Assembly: GCA_963666315.2 (NCBI GenBank)
Contig: CAXXHG010000017.1
Coordinates: forward strand, 1-55,114
Length of the DNA: 55,114 nucleotides
Source of the DNA: Candidatus Binatia bacterium
Lineage (GTDB): Bacteria; Desulfobacterota; Binatia; Bin18
Reading direction: 5' to 3'
Part shown: in pieces, positions 1 through 9,995 of the stretch
Layout of the letters: every line of letters begins with the position of its first letter
Numbering within the stretch: the stretch's first letter is position 1
Notes under the pieces: model-generated
The model's input: only the letters and a program-made list of their open reading frames with translations
Told to the model about the DNA's origin: nothing
Databases searched by the model: none
Position numbers and translations under genes: made by a program

Positions 1-114
1 CTGCGGATTCCAGCAGGCGGGAAACAGACGCCGACTTCTTCTCAGGGGTGTGAGCTGTACGTGAAAACAGGCGTTCTGCTTGGCCTACGTTCGACTCCAG
101 CCACTGAGACTTGA
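1..114 (+). CDS. 3' end of a probable ChrR-like cupin protein (partial, runs off window start)
   Basis: Frame 1 reads LRIPAGGKQTPTSSQGCELYVKTGVLLGLRSTPATET*, resembling the LRxP..S..GCxLYVKTG C-terminus of ChrR-type cupins. Confidence 0.45.
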   Translation: MRIPAGGKQTPTSSQGCELYVKTGVLLGLRSTPATET

Positions 115-230
115 TCTGGCTTGTATGAAAACGATATTCAGGCTTTGGGACAGGCCAAGGAAAGCGGGCAAACGCGAGTCATCAACAGGCAAGGTCACCA
201 ATAATGTATCAACAATGAGGAGGGACGACG

Positions 231-695
231 ATGATCAAAGGTATTCACCATACCGCTGTTTCAACCGGGGACATGGAACGCTCACTGCGGTTTTATAAAG
301 ATTTGCTCGGTTTTGAAGAAGTCTTTGCCTTGAATTGGGAGGTTGGCTCAAAGTCACTTGATGCACTGGTTGGCCTCAAAGATTCATCCTCGCGAGTGGT
401 GATGCTGAAGGCAGGCAATGCCTGCGTTGAGCTATTTCAGTATGCCACTCCAGAACCGAAGCCGGGAGATCCGAATCGACCGGTATGCGATCACGGCATC
501 ACGCACCTATGCCTACAGGTGAGTGATATTGACGGGGAGTATGAGCGTCTGAAAGCCGCAGGCATGGTCTTCCATTGTCCGCCCATGAAGGCGAGCAAGA
601 ACCTCCGTGCAACCTACGGGCGTGATCCCGACGGAAACGTCATTGAGCTGTTGGAAGTGTTAGATCCGAACGACGCGGTTTCCGTTGTTGCGTAG
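231..695 (+). CDS. VOC/glyoxalase family protein
   Basis: IHHTAVS...FYKDLLGF, ITHLCLQV, RDPDGNVIEL motifs; GAGGAGGG SD upstream. Confidence 0.9.
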   Translation: MIKGIHHTAVSTGDMERSLRFYKDLLGFEEVFALNWEVGSKSLDALVGLKDSSSRVVMLKAGNACVELFQYATPEPKPGDPNRPVCDHGITHLCLQVSDIDGEYERLKAAGMVFHCPPMKASKNLRATYGRDPDGNVIELLEVLDPNDAVSVVA

Positions 696-731
696 CAACA
701 ACGAGAACTTTTCATCTTTCAGGAGGCTGTC

Positions 732-1592
732 ATGACCCATAGCACACCGGACACAAAAGAGCCGTATGTGGGGAAAGAACTTGGCAGTGTCCACTTTCCT
801 GTGACTGAGTCGGTATTGAATGATTACTATAGCGGTCTCGACCTGCCGCGTCCTACCCCAGGCGGGGACGCGATCTCTGTTCCCTCAATGATTGCGAGTG
901 GACCGGACAACGCCTACTTCGAACAATCATCGTTCAGCAATCATTTCGGACATCTGTGGATGCGCCAAGAATGGGAATTGTTCGAACCGCTTATACTTGG
1001 CCAGGACTACACTGCGACCGCGCAGATTACGGATATTTATCAGAAGCGCAACCGCTGTGTGGTACGGCACGATGTCGGATTACGCGGAGACTCGGGGCAA
1101 CTTGCCCTCCGTACCCGGCACCACCAGAGCTATTTGCTTGATCAGCAAGACGGCGAACTCAAGTTTCGTGATCCCAAGACGAAACAAGGTGCGCGTCGCT
1201 TTACGATCCCAAAAGGCGAACCGTTCGGGCCGCTCGAACGTGTTATCAGCCTAGAGATGTGCGACCGCTTTTTTCATGGCGATGCGAACTACCACACGAA
1301 TCGTGAGGAATCGAAAAAACTCGGCTTTGGCGATGTTGTGGTTGGTGGACGTATGACGATGGCTTATGCGGCGCATCTCCTTGAAGAACGGTTTGGGGCT
1401 GCATGGTGGACCAGTGGGCGACTGGATATGAAGTTTACCAATCCGGTTTGGCCGAATGACACTGTGGTTGCACATGGGGTCATTACTGGTCCTCTGGAAG
1501 ATGAATCAGAGCGGACGGGTGCGTTTGTCTGGCTGGCTAAGCTAGATGAGACCGTAGTGCTTATTGCGAATGGAAGCGTTGTGCAGGCGTAG
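732..1592 (+). CDS. Double hotdog-fold (MaoC-like dehydratase) protein
   Basis: C-terminal MaoC-like NYHT..ESKKLGF..VVGGRM and KFTNPVWPND; AGGAGG SD. Confidence 0.75.
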   Translation: MTHSTPDTKEPYVGKELGSVHFPVTESVLNDYYSGLDLPRPTPGGDAISVPSMIASGPDNAYFEQSSFSNHFGHLWMRQEWELFEPLILGQDYTATAQITDIYQKRNRCVVRHDVGLRGDSGQLALRTRHHQSYLLDQQDGELKFRDPKTKQGARRFTIPKGEPFGPLERVISLEMCDRFFHGDANYHTNREESKKLGFGDVVVGGRMTMAYAAHLLEERFGAAWWTSGRLDMKFTNPVWPNDTVVAHGVITGPLEDESERTGAFVWLAKLDETVVLIANGSVVQA

Positions 1593-1693
1593 CAGGGCTC
1601 TCCATTCCGGAGCAGAGAACCGGGCGCTTAAACCTGTCGATATTCCAGTCTGCGTAGAAATCTTACGTAGGAAGATAAGAGGAGAATCGCATA

Positions 1694-2650
1694 GTGTCCT
1701 TACCTGAGCAATTCTGCGATCGGCTATCTCTCCCGCTTATTGCCGCACCCATGTTTCTGGTGTCTGGCCCGGAGCTCGTTATTGAAGCGTGCAAAAACGG
1801 AGTCATCGGAACTTTTCCGACTGCCAACTGTCGTACGGTTGAGCAACTGGGTGAGTGGCTCACTCAGATATATCAGCAACTCCATACCTTCGCCTCGTCC
1901 CATCCGGATCTGCGAGTTGCACCCCCGTGTGCCAACCTTATCGTGCATCGTTCTAATCAGCGTCTCCAAGAAGACCTGGAATTAGTCCGCAAGCATCGCG
2001 TAGAGATTGTCATCGCCAGCGTTGGTAGCCCCCACGCGATTATTGACCCCATCCATGACTACGGTGGGCTCGTCTTCACCGACGTGGCCAGTATGCGACA
2101 TGTAGAAAAGGCCGTAGCTGCCGGAACAGATGGATTGATCCTGCTGACTGCCGGCGCGGGTGGACAAACGGGCTGGGCAAATCCCTTTGCCTTTGTCCGT
2201 CAAGTGCGCGAAGTTTTTGACGGTCCAGTGATATTGGCCGGCGGTGTGGCCGATGGTACCGCACTCCACGCTGCAGAGGTGCTCGGCTGCGATCTGGCGT
2301 ATATGGGAACTCGCTTTATCGCCACCCAGGAAAGCCTGGCGACCGAGGGCTATAAGCGCATGATCGTTGACTCGGGTATGGACGACATTAAGCTCACCCG
2401 CGCCTTCACCGGTCTGGAAACCAATATGATACGGCAGTCGATTGGGGCGGCGGGGCTCGATCCTGATAATCTCCCTGAGCGGGACATGATTGATGTATCG
2501 AAAGACTTAGACCCTGCGAATCAAGACAAGCGGCGCTACCGTGATATCTGGAGCGCTGGCCACACAGCCGGCAGTGTGCATGATGTGCCGACTGTGCATG
2601 ACTTGGTTGATCGTTTAAAGCAGGAGTATGAAAAAGCACGAGGTGCTTAA
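1694..2650 (+). CDS. Nitronate monooxygenase family (NAD(P)H-dependent flavin oxidoreductase)
   Basis: PLIAAPMFLVS, GAGGQTG, ILAGGVADG, AYMGTRFIATQES motifs. Confidence 0.9.
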   Translation: MSLPEQFCDRLSLPLIAAPMFLVSGPELVIEACKNGVIGTFPTANCRTVEQLGEWLTQIYQQLHTFASSHPDLRVAPPCANLIVHRSNQRLQEDLELVRKHRVEIVIASVGSPHAIIDPIHDYGGLVFTDVASMRHVEKAVAAGTDGLILLTAGAGGQTGWANPFAFVRQVREVFDGPVILAGGVADGTALHAAEVLGCDLAYMGTRFIATQESLATEGYKRMIVDSGMDDIKLTRAFTGLETNMIRQSIGAAGLDPDNLPERDMIDVSKDLDPANQDKRRYRDIWSAGHTAGSVHDVPTVHDLVDRLKQEYEKARGA

Positions 2651-2844
2651 GCCTCCTTCTCAGCTAGGGCAAGAAAAGATTCGGACCAAATTATAAGCGA
2701 TAAAAGCCAGGTTAGGGCTGGCGCGACTACGATTTGAAATGTTGCAACATCCCCTCTGTCCCGTGCAGCGTTACATCAGGATATTATTCCCATCTTAAAC
2801 GGGCTATAACATTGGGGCTCCGGCATTTAGGAGGACTCACGCGT

Positions 2845-3675
2845 ATGAGTTATATTGACGTTGTCGAGAAAATAGACGTACCAAAACCGCTGAAGCATTA
2901 TACCGAGCCCCATTTCGAAGAGGTACTTGGTCTTCAGGTCGCTTATCGCCGCGAGGGTGCGGGCGAAGCCACGGTTTTATTCCACGGTGCCGGCTTCACG
3001 CGCATGTGGCTGCCATTCTACGCCATGCTCGCACAGAAACTCGATTTCATTGCCCCTGAGTGCCCCGGCTTCGGTGAAACACCGATGCCGAAGTGGGTGC
3101 GCAGTTTCGATGATCTCACTATTCTCTATGACCAATTATTTGAACAGCTCGAGCTCGATCGCATTCATCTGATCGGATTTTCGATGGGCGGTTGGGCAGC
3201 GTCTGAGTTCGCTTCGTACTATCCGCGACGTCTCAAATCTCTGTCACTGATTACCCCTGTTGGCCTGCGGCTGGAAGACGATCCGGGGGTCGACATTTTT
3301 CAGCTCGCCCCGCCTGAACTTATGGATCGTCTGTTCAAAGACAAAGACGTGATGATGCAATGGTTGCCGGACGGCGAAAATTTCGACGAAGGCATCCATA
3401 TGTATTCGGAATTCTCGGCCGCAGCCCGTCTGATGTGGGCGCCGCGTTATAATCTTGCGCTCGAGCGCAGGTTGCAGCGACTCACCTGTCCGACACAGGT
3501 CATCGGTGCCGAGGAAGATCGTCTCGTGCCGAACGCGATGTCGGACAAATTTGCTGCAGTATTACCCAACTGTACATTAACCCGTCTTGACGGCACCGGG
3601 CACGAACCGTTATTGGAACGCCCACGGGAACTCGCCGACACCCTGGTTGCCTTTATAGGGGAGGCTTCGAAATGA
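2845..3675 (+). CDS. Alpha/beta fold hydrolase
   Basis: FHGAG, PGFGET, nucleophile elbow GFSMGG, GTGHEP; start moved to ATG 2845 after AGGAGG SD; TGA overlaps next ATG (ATGA). Confidence 0.88.
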   Translation: MSYIDVVEKIDVPKPLKHYTEPHFEEVLGLQVAYRREGAGEATVLFHGAGFTRMWLPFYAMLAQKLDFIAPECPGFGETPMPKWVRSFDDLTILYDQLFEQLELDRIHLIGFSMGGWAASEFASYYPRRLKSLSLITPVGLRLEDDPGVDIFQLAPPELMDRLFKDKDVMMQWLPDGENFDEGIHMYSEFSAAARLMWAPRYNLALERRLQRLTCPTQVIGAEEDRLVPNAMSDKFAAVLPNCTLTRLDGTGHEPLLERPRELADTLVAFIGEASK

Positions 3676-5033
3676 ACAAATTACGCTTTTACATTTTCAA
3701 TTTGATGCCCTATCCGCATATCCCCCCGGCTTCTGAAATTCAATCGACGTGGGTGTCTTTGTCGAACAAGTATTATGATCCGCACCGCGGCCAGGCGCTA
3801 TACAAAGAATATATTGATCAGCTCGCCGCAGCGGAACAATTTGGTTTCGACGGCGTTGCCGTCAATGAACATCACGCCAACTTCTACGGCACCATGCCGT
3901 CGCCGAACATCATCGCGGCGATGCTGGTGCAGCGCACCAAGGAGATCCCGATCGCGATCGTCGGGAATGCCATTCCCTTGCACGGCAACCCGCTGCGCGT
4001 GGCTGAAGAAATCGCCATGCTCGACGTCATTTCAGGCGGGCGGATTATTTCCGGTTTCGTACGCGGCATCGGCTGTGAGTATTTCAATAACGGCATCGCA
4101 CCTGCCGATTCGGTTGAACGTTTCAATGAAGCGCACGATCTGATCGTCAAGGCCTGGACCGTCGATGGTCCGTTTACGTGGCAGGGGGACCATTTCTATA
4201 TTCCGAACGTGAATCCAATACCCCGCCCCATCCAGAAACCACACCCACCAATCTGGATCCCGGGTCAGGGCTCGCTCGAAACGCTGCAGTTCATTGCCAA
4301 GCACAAGTACACCTATATGATGGTGTTCTCGCCGTTATGGTTTACCAAGATGGCTTTTGATGGCCTGCGCGAAGAGTGCAATCGACTTGGTTACGACGCA
4401 CCGAAAACCATGTTCAACGCTTGTGTTCCGACCTACGTTGCCGAGACCGACGAGCAGGCGCATCGCGAGGCCAAGGCGCATTTGTCGTGGGTCTTCAATA
4501 CCGGGCTCAAAATTCCTGACCAGTTTTTTTCCCCGCCCGGCTATATGTCCACGAAGTCGTTCCGCAACTTCACCGGCCTGCTGCAGAAAGGCAAGGTCAA
4601 ACGACAAACGGACCTGACCTATGACGAACTGATTGCCGATCGCTACATCATCGTCGGTTCTCCTGAAGCGGTGAAAAACGAATTGGGTCATTACTGCGAT
4701 GAAGTCGGCGCCGGCGGCATCATTGGACCGGGTGCGCCATTCGGGCCGATGCCGAATTGGATGGTCATGAAAAATATGCAAATCTGTAGCGAGGAAGTCC
4801 TACCTGAATTTCGCGAGGCCGATGGCTTGCCGGATTACCAACGTGAGAAGCCGCACTCGTATCGCTCACTCGCTGAGCTCGCGGCGGTGAAGGGTCGCCC
4901 GGAAGAAACTGCCCGTTCACTCGTGACCGGCGGTGGCGACACGCTGATCGAACATCGCATGGCTCACGTCCCCGAAGTGATCGATCCGACGATGGAGCAA
5001 GCGCCAGCCGAACGGCCGGCTTCAGCCGGCTAG
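3672..5033 (+). CDS. Luciferase-like (LLM class) flavin-dependent oxidoreductase with C-terminal extension
   Basis: AEQFGFDGVAVNEHH, PLRVAEEIAMLDVISGGR, PRPIQKPHPPIW. Confidence 0.92.
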   Translation: MNKLRFYIFNLMPYPHIPPASEIQSTWVSLSNKYYDPHRGQALYKEYIDQLAAAEQFGFDGVAVNEHHANFYGTMPSPNIIAAMLVQRTKEIPIAIVGNAIPLHGNPLRVAEEIAMLDVISGGRIISGFVRGIGCEYFNNGIAPADSVERFNEAHDLIVKAWTVDGPFTWQGDHFYIPNVNPIPRPIQKPHPPIWIPGQGSLETLQFIAKHKYTYMMVFSPLWFTKMAFDGLREECNRLGYDAPKTMFNACVPTYVAETDEQAHREAKAHLSWVFNTGLKIPDQFFSPPGYMSTKSFRNFTGLLQKGKVKRQTDLTYDELIADRYIIVGSPEAVKNELGHYCDEVGAGGIIGPGAPFGPMPNWMVMKNMQICSEEVLPEFREADGLPDYQREKPHSYRSLAELAAVKGRPEETARSLVTGGGDTLIEHRMAHVPEVIDPTMEQAPAERPASAG

Positions 5034-5099
5034 TGCGGCGGATCTCTTGAGGTGGCGGTTTCTTTTTGCCCCTTTGTCAATCCTACGATGAAGCGGAAC

Positions 5100-5127
5100 A
5101 AAAAAGGGCGGGTTTGAACCCGCCCCT
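5100..5127 (-). terminator. Intrinsic terminator / REP-like hairpin between convergent LLM and hydantoinase B genes
   Basis: GGGCGGGTT-TG-AACCCGCCC inverted repeat preceded by an A-run on + (U-tail on -). Confidence 0.6.
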
Positions 5128-5155
5128 CCAGACCGCTACGTTTTGTCCTGATGTG

Positions 5156-6967
5156 TTAGTCTGTCGCTCGCATTTCTGCTCGAAGCGCCTGTGTGGCTGT
5201 CACATCAACCGTCTTCGCTGCGGTATCAATGATAACGCCGTAGACGTTTCGTGCCTTCTGCTCAGAGATATACTCGTCTAACACATCGTCGAGGACTTCT
5301 TGCTCTGTGCGATCTAGAGGATTCCCCCAACCACCACCGCCGGTCGTCTCGAACCAGAAGCTGTCGCCGTAGGCGAGTTTATGACCACGCAGCAGGGGAT
5401 TGAGCCATTTTTGCTCCTCCGTGATGCCACCGATAACTTTTTTGGTTCCATCTGGGGAAAGATGCCATAAGCGCTGCGGAACACTGCGCAGCCCACCATT
5501 CACACCCGGCGTGCCCTCACGGGTGCGGGCGGTCTCAACGCTCAGCGTGCCGTCGCACAAGAAACGAACCTTGAAATGAGCACCTACTCCTCCCCGATAA
5601 CGACCATCACCTGCCGAATCTTGACGCATATCATAGGCTTCATAGGCAACGGGGAACATCAATTCTGCGGTCTCGGCTTCCATATTCATGCAGTTGCCGA
5701 GCGGGTCCATGGTCACGTTCATGCCGTCATTGAATGGGGTGCCGCCCCAGCCACCGGCGGGCAGGTCGGAGAGGACGTCGGTCTTGCCGTCCGGCTCACG
5801 TACGCCGCACACAAACCAGTTGCAGTCGCCGCAGGCAGAACCCACCGCACGGTCCGGCAGGGCATGGGCAATCGCTTGCCACACGGCACTGGCGATTTTG
5901 GGTGCGGCCAGGACGGTGCAGCCTATCGTGGGAGCCGGCCATTTGGCGTTGAGCCAGCAGTCGTCCGGCAGGATAACGTTGATTGGGTTGAACATGCCTT
6001 CGTTTTGCGGGGCGGTCGGTTCGAGGAAGAACTGCAGGGAATAAAAGACCGCCGAATAAGTGTTGGCCTTAGGTGAATTAATAGCGCCCAGACATTGCGG
6101 GTCGGAGCCGGCGAGGTCAACCGTGATATCCGAGCCTTTGACCGTGAGTGTGACTTTGACCTTGACAGGATCGTCTGTCTGCCCATCGGTGTCTGCATAA
6201 TCTTCACCTTCGTAGACGCCGTCAGGGATGCTCTCGATTCTCTTGCGGACAATACGCTCCGTATAGGTGATCAGCTCGGCCATTGCCGCTTTGACCGTGT
6301 CTAAGCCGTAGCGCTCCGCCGCCGCTTGCATCTCTACTTCTGCTGCCTTGAGACAACCGACGTGGGCCTGTAGGTCGCCCTGCACAAAATGTGGGGTGCG
6401 GGTGTTGGCCAGGAGAATCTTGAGGATATCTGGTTTGACTTCATTATTCTCAAATGCCTTGATCGGCGGCAGTCTCAGGCCCTCTTCGGCGATATGGGTG
6501 CCCCAGGTTTGGCCGCCTGGCGCTCCGCCGCCAAAGTCCATCCAGTGCCCCCGACTCACTGCGAAGCCCAGCAACTGCGCGCCTTTATAGAAAATGGGTT
6601 TGATCCACGAGATGTCGTTAATATGAGTGCCGCCACGATACGGATCGTTGACCACATAAATATCGCCGTCTTTCATGTTTTCAATACCGAATTCGTCGCG
6701 GACGGCATGTGCGGAGAATTTCATAGCGGCCAGATGGACGGGGACGTTGGCTGCTTGGCTTAACAACCGCATCTCCGGGTCATAGATCGCGTTGGAAAAA
6801 TCAACCATGTCAGACAGGATGGGTGAAAATGATGCACGCTGCAGCACAGTGGTCATGCGATCGCAGGTGTACTCAAACAGATTACGCAAGACCTCAAAGG
6901 TAATATGGTCGAGCCCTTCCCGGGTTGTAATGCCTTCACCGATTTTCTCGAGTGCACTTGATTGCAT
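5156..6967 (-). CDS. Hydantoinase B / oxoprolinase family protein
   Basis: RASFSPIL..DFSNAI, NDPYRGGTHIND, HWMDFGG, GDGRYRGG, TGGGGWGNPLDR. Confidence 0.93.
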   Translation of the reverse strand: MQSSALEKIGEGITTREGLDHITFEVLRNLFEYTCDRMTTVLQRASFSPILSDMVDFSNAIYDPEMRLLSQAANVPVHLAAMKFSAHAVRDEFGIENMKDGDIYVVNDPYRGGTHINDISWIKPIFYKGAQLLGFAVSRGHWMDFGGGAPGGQTWGTHIAEEGLRLPPIKAFENNEVKPDILKILLANTRTPHFVQGDLQAHVGCLKAAEVEMQAAAERYGLDTVKAAMAELITYTERIVRKRIESIPDGVYEGEDYADTDGQTDDPVKVKVTLTVKGSDITVDLAGSDPQCLGAINSPKANTYSAVFYSLQFFLEPTAPQNEGMFNPINVILPDDCWLNAKWPAPTIGCTVLAAPKIASAVWQAIAHALPDRAVGSACGDCNWFVCGVREPDGKTDVLSDLPAGGWGGTPFNDGMNVTMDPLGNCMNMEAETAELMFPVAYEAYDMRQDSAGDGRYRGGVGAHFKVRFLCDGTLSVETARTREGTPGVNGGLRSVPQRLWHLSPDGTKKVIGGITEEQKWLNPLLRGHKLAYGDSFWFETTGGGGWGNPLDRTEQEVLDDVLDEYISEQKARNVYGVIIDTAAKTVDVTATQALRAEMRATD

Positions 6968-7011
6968 GGCCGTCCTCCTGACGATTAGCGCGCTAGCACG
7001 CTTCAGAACAT

Positions 7012-9069
7012 TTATAGTCCTACATCTATAATAAGATTTCCTGTGTTATCAACCCTTGCGTGTGAGCCGGGCGGTAAAACTGCGACCGAATCCACATATT
7101 CGAGGATGGCTGGACCGTGCGTTTCCTCTCCAGGCTGAAGGATCTGACCATTATACACCGGGCAGTCCTGCCATTCACCCGAAAAATATACCGACCGCGT
7201 GCTTTTCATGGCCACCACGTTTGCCTTTGCCGCACTCTGGTATGGAGGCAAGGACTCCGTAGGCGCAGTCGCTGCAACGCTGAGGGAGACAAAAGCGGGA
7301 TCAAAGATGTCCGAACTGACGCCGTGCTCTTGCTTGTGCGTGGCGTGGAACGCACCCGTGATGGTTGTGAGCGCAGTATCCGTTAGTCTCCCTTCCGGGA
7401 TGGATGTCTCAATCTCATACGTTTGGCCGACGTAGCGCATTTGTGCGGTGCGGGTGATAACGATATTTTCTGCTGAAACGCTGTCCTGGGCAAGCAGGTC
7501 ACGCGCAGTTTGTTCTAGCTCGGCATACGCGGTATTCAGCCGATCCAGATCAACTTCACCGACGGGTGAATACATAAACTGCTCAACGTCCTGGCGAAGG
7601 TCCATGACCGTCGCGCCAAAGGCGGACGCCACGCCTGCGGCAGCCGGAACGATGACCTTCGGAATATTCATCGCCCGAGCAACAAAGCAGGCGTGCATGG
7701 GGCCTGCTCCACCAAAGCTGACCAGCACAAAGTCGCGCGGGTCACGGCCTCTATTAATAATGACCTTTTTCACTGCCTGGGCCATAATTTCGCAACTGAT
7801 TTGGACCATGGCATCGGCGGTTTCGACTGGTGATAGACCGATTTGCTGAGCAAGCGGGGTCATGGCTTGCTCAGCAGCCGCCTGGTCAAGATTGATCTTG
7901 CCGCCCAGGGTGGGTTCAAGTCGTCCGAGTAAGAGGTTGGCGTCAGTAATGGTTGGTTCAGTCCCTCCGCTGCCATAACACGCCGGTCCGGGTTGAGAGC
8001 CTGCACTGCGCGGCCCGACGCGCAGTGAGCCCCCCGTGTCCACCCAGCCGATGGAACCTCCACCGGCACCGACGCTGTGAATATCAAGCATGGGTAAGAT
8101 AATCGGCAGGTCAAATTCGAGTTCATGCTCGCGCGTGACGAGTCCCTTGCCGTCTTCGACAATCGAGGCGTCAAAACTGGTGCCACCCATATCTGCGCAA
8201 ATGATACTGCGCTCTTTGATAGCGTCGGCCAGATAGCCCGCATACGCCACGCCGCCCGCAGGACCGGATGCCAAAAGTTCTTCCGGGTGTTCTTTGGCCA
8301 GGTCTACGCCTATCACGCCGCCGCTGCTTTTCAGAATAAGCAGCGAACCCTGAAAGCCTTGTTCTTTGAGGCGATCGAGCAAATGGTCGAAATAAGCGCT
8401 CATGACAGGCTTAAGCGCGGCACTGACAGAGGTGGTGACAAAACGACCGTGCTCGCGAAACAATGGCCGGGTCTCGCCGGACAGCATGATATGGGCATCA
8501 GGCATGTGTTCGAGCAAGATATCGCGCATCTGGCGTTCGTGATCGGCATTGACGTAGGAGTTGATGAAACACACAGCAATAGACTCAATGTCCTCTGCCG
8601 CGATCTGCTGGGCGACTCGGTGTGCCGTAGCTGTATCGAGCGGTCGCTCTTCTTTCCCTTGAACATTCGTTCGTTGCCGAACAGTATAGCGATAGCGGCG
8701 CCGAATCAGTGGTTTAGGCTTGACCTGATACGGGTCGTACAGCTCCTGTCGATGCTGTCTGCCGATCTCGATCGTGTCGCGAAAACCGTCAGTCGTAACC
8801 AAGGCCGGATCCGGATAGGAACGCTCAATCAAGGCATTCGTAGCCGTAGTCGTGCCGTGGACTAAACACGAGATCTGATCGAATGGAATACCCGACTGCT
8901 CGACCGCTTCGAGCGAGTCACGAGCGGCTTTCTTAACCGCTTCGATCACACCAATTGAACGATCCAACGGTGTGGTGAGGACTTTTGCCGTAACCCGCTC
9001 GCTCGTTGTCTCTTCCCAGCCGAAAAGGTCAGTAAACGTTCCGCCAACATCGACGCCCACACGCCACAT
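7012..9069 (-). CDS. Hydantoinase A / oxoprolinase family protein (ATP-dependent)
   Basis: VGVDVGGTFTD, HGTTTATNALIER, DMGGTSFD, GAGGGSI, GPRSAGSQPGPACYG. Confidence 0.95.
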   Translation of the reverse strand: MWRVGVDVGGTFTDLFGWEETTSERVTAKVLTTPLDRSIGVIEAVKKAARDSLEAVEQSGIPFDQISCLVHGTTTATNALIERSYPDPALVTTDGFRDTIEIGRQHRQELYDPYQVKPKPLIRRRYRYTVRQRTNVQGKEERPLDTATAHRVAQQIAAEDIESIAVCFINSYVNADHERQMRDILLEHMPDAHIMLSGETRPLFREHGRFVTTSVSAALKPVMSAYFDHLLDRLKEQGFQGSLLILKSSGGVIGVDLAKEHPEELLASGPAGGVAYAGYLADAIKERSIICADMGGTSFDASIVEDGKGLVTREHELEFDLPIILPMLDIHSVGAGGGSIGWVDTGGSLRVGPRSAGSQPGPACYGSGGTEPTITDANLLLGRLEPTLGGKINLDQAAAEQAMTPLAQQIGLSPVETADAMVQISCEIMAQAVKKVIINRGRDPRDFVLVSFGGAGPMHACFVARAMNIPKVIVPAAAGVASAFGATVMDLRQDVEQFMYSPVGEVDLDRLNTAYAELEQTARDLLAQDSVSAENIVITRTAQMRYVGQTYEIETSIPEGRLTDTALTTITGAFHATHKQEHGVSSDIFDPAFVSLSVAATAPTESLPPYQSAAKANVVAMKSTRSVYFSGEWQDCPVYNGQILQPGEETHGPAILEYVDSVAVLPPGSHARVDNTGNLIIDVGL

Positions 9070-9385
9070 AGGTAAAGCGTCTCCTCTCAGTACTGAATGC
9101 TAGAGGTTCTCCCCTATGGGGCAAGGGGGAGGATTGTCAAGAGGCAGGAACGTGCTGTCTACGAGAGTAAAGATATGAGACGGTATTGACCATTCTTGGG
9201 AAAACCAGTGTATGACAGAAGAGAGTGAGCATTCTGAGGCCAGGGGGACGCCAAGAAGTAAGATCGTTGGAGGGCACCTCTTGGCGGTCTGAGGAACTAT
9301 TTCGTGTTCAGAGTTAAATTGCAAGAAGTTGCAGTGTTTGCCCGTTTCATTCTGCGGTCTAATTGTAGCTAGGCAGCTCGATCCC

Positions 9386-9661
9386 ATGCTGCGCGATAGA
9401 CCCAGGCCGAAGAGAGTCCGCTTCGCCATAGGCGTTGGTCTGCTCATTCTCTCTCCCGTCCCATGGATCGTAGCCGCGATCATGCCGTTCATTGGCTCGT
9501 CTCCAGGGACCGTGGCTGCATCGATCGGGGGGCTCATCGTGACCGCTGAAGTCATCGGAGCCGTCGTGCTCGGTCAAGAGGCTTATGGGATCATTCGGGG
9601 CAAATTTCGGCGCCGAGCACGCCAGCGCTCTGACGAATCGCAGGGTCCACCGAGCCCGTAG
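9386..9661 (+). CDS. Small membrane protein (about 2 TM; transporter-suffix-like) carried in the cassette
   Basis: Hydrophobic FAIGVGLLILSPVPWIVAAIMPF and IGGLIVTAEVIGAVVLG followed by a basic tail; ATG 9386 is in frame with ORF 9329..9661. Confidence 0.6.
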   Translation: MLRDRPRPKRVRFAIGVGLLILSPVPWIVAAIMPFIGSSPGTVAASIGGLIVTAEVIGAVVLGQEAYGIIRGKFRRRARQRSDESQGPPSP

Positions 9662-9708
9662 GTCTCGATCGAGCGCGGCGACGTGAGATTTAGCTTGATC
9701 TGCGAGCT

Positions 9709-9846
9709 GCCTAACAAGGCCTTGCAGCTGACCCCGCCCAGCCTTGCGGTGGCGGTCGTGGTAGCCTTCTGGCGTCGAGAGTATTGGCCCTCTCAGGAAT
9801 CCGGTTAGCGGCTGGCCGGCGCAGCTGAAGGTCGGATCCGTTATGC
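9709..9846 (+). mobile_element. attC recombination site (59-be), 138 bp
   Basis: R'' GCCTAAC (RYYYAAC), L''-like CTTGCAGCTGAC, L'-like GCAGCTGAAG, R' GTTATGC (one mismatch to GTTRRRY); typical attC layout. Confidence 0.8.
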
Positions 9847-9899
9847 GGCAGGGTCGGAGCTATGAATCGCAAAGAGATTCAGAAACTACTTGAAAGGCC

Positions 9900-9936
9900 T
9901 GCTGGTCAACCGGCAAGGGGTGCCGGTTGACCAGCA
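9900..9936. terminator. Perfect 16-bp stem hairpin downstream of the LLM gene
   Basis: TGCTGGTCAACCGGCA-AGGGG-TGCCGGTTGACCAGCA; no clear U-tail. Confidence 0.5.
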
Positions 9937-9995
9937 ACCTATCGATCTTCAAACGCTCCGCTCCCGGCCGGTCGCCCTTATGGGATGAAGAGCAT

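Larger units (their letters stand above)
9368..9846 (+). mobile_element. Solitary integron gene cassette (small membrane ORF plus attC)
   Basis: Left junction GCTAGGCAGCTCG (9368-9380) is a 12/13 reverse complement of CGAGCTGCCTAAC (9703-9715) at the attC R'' end; ORF starts just inside the junction. Confidence 0.7.

Noticed and set aside
8125-8865. 246-aa + strand ORF, and similar shadows at 11309..12061, 15116..15733 and 53553..54512
   Set aside because: Antisense to well-supported genes, with no recognisable motifs; typical of GC-rich coding DNA
9070-9995. Complete integron (intI/attI)
   Set aside because: No tyrosine recombinase ORF is visible near the attC or anywhere in the window
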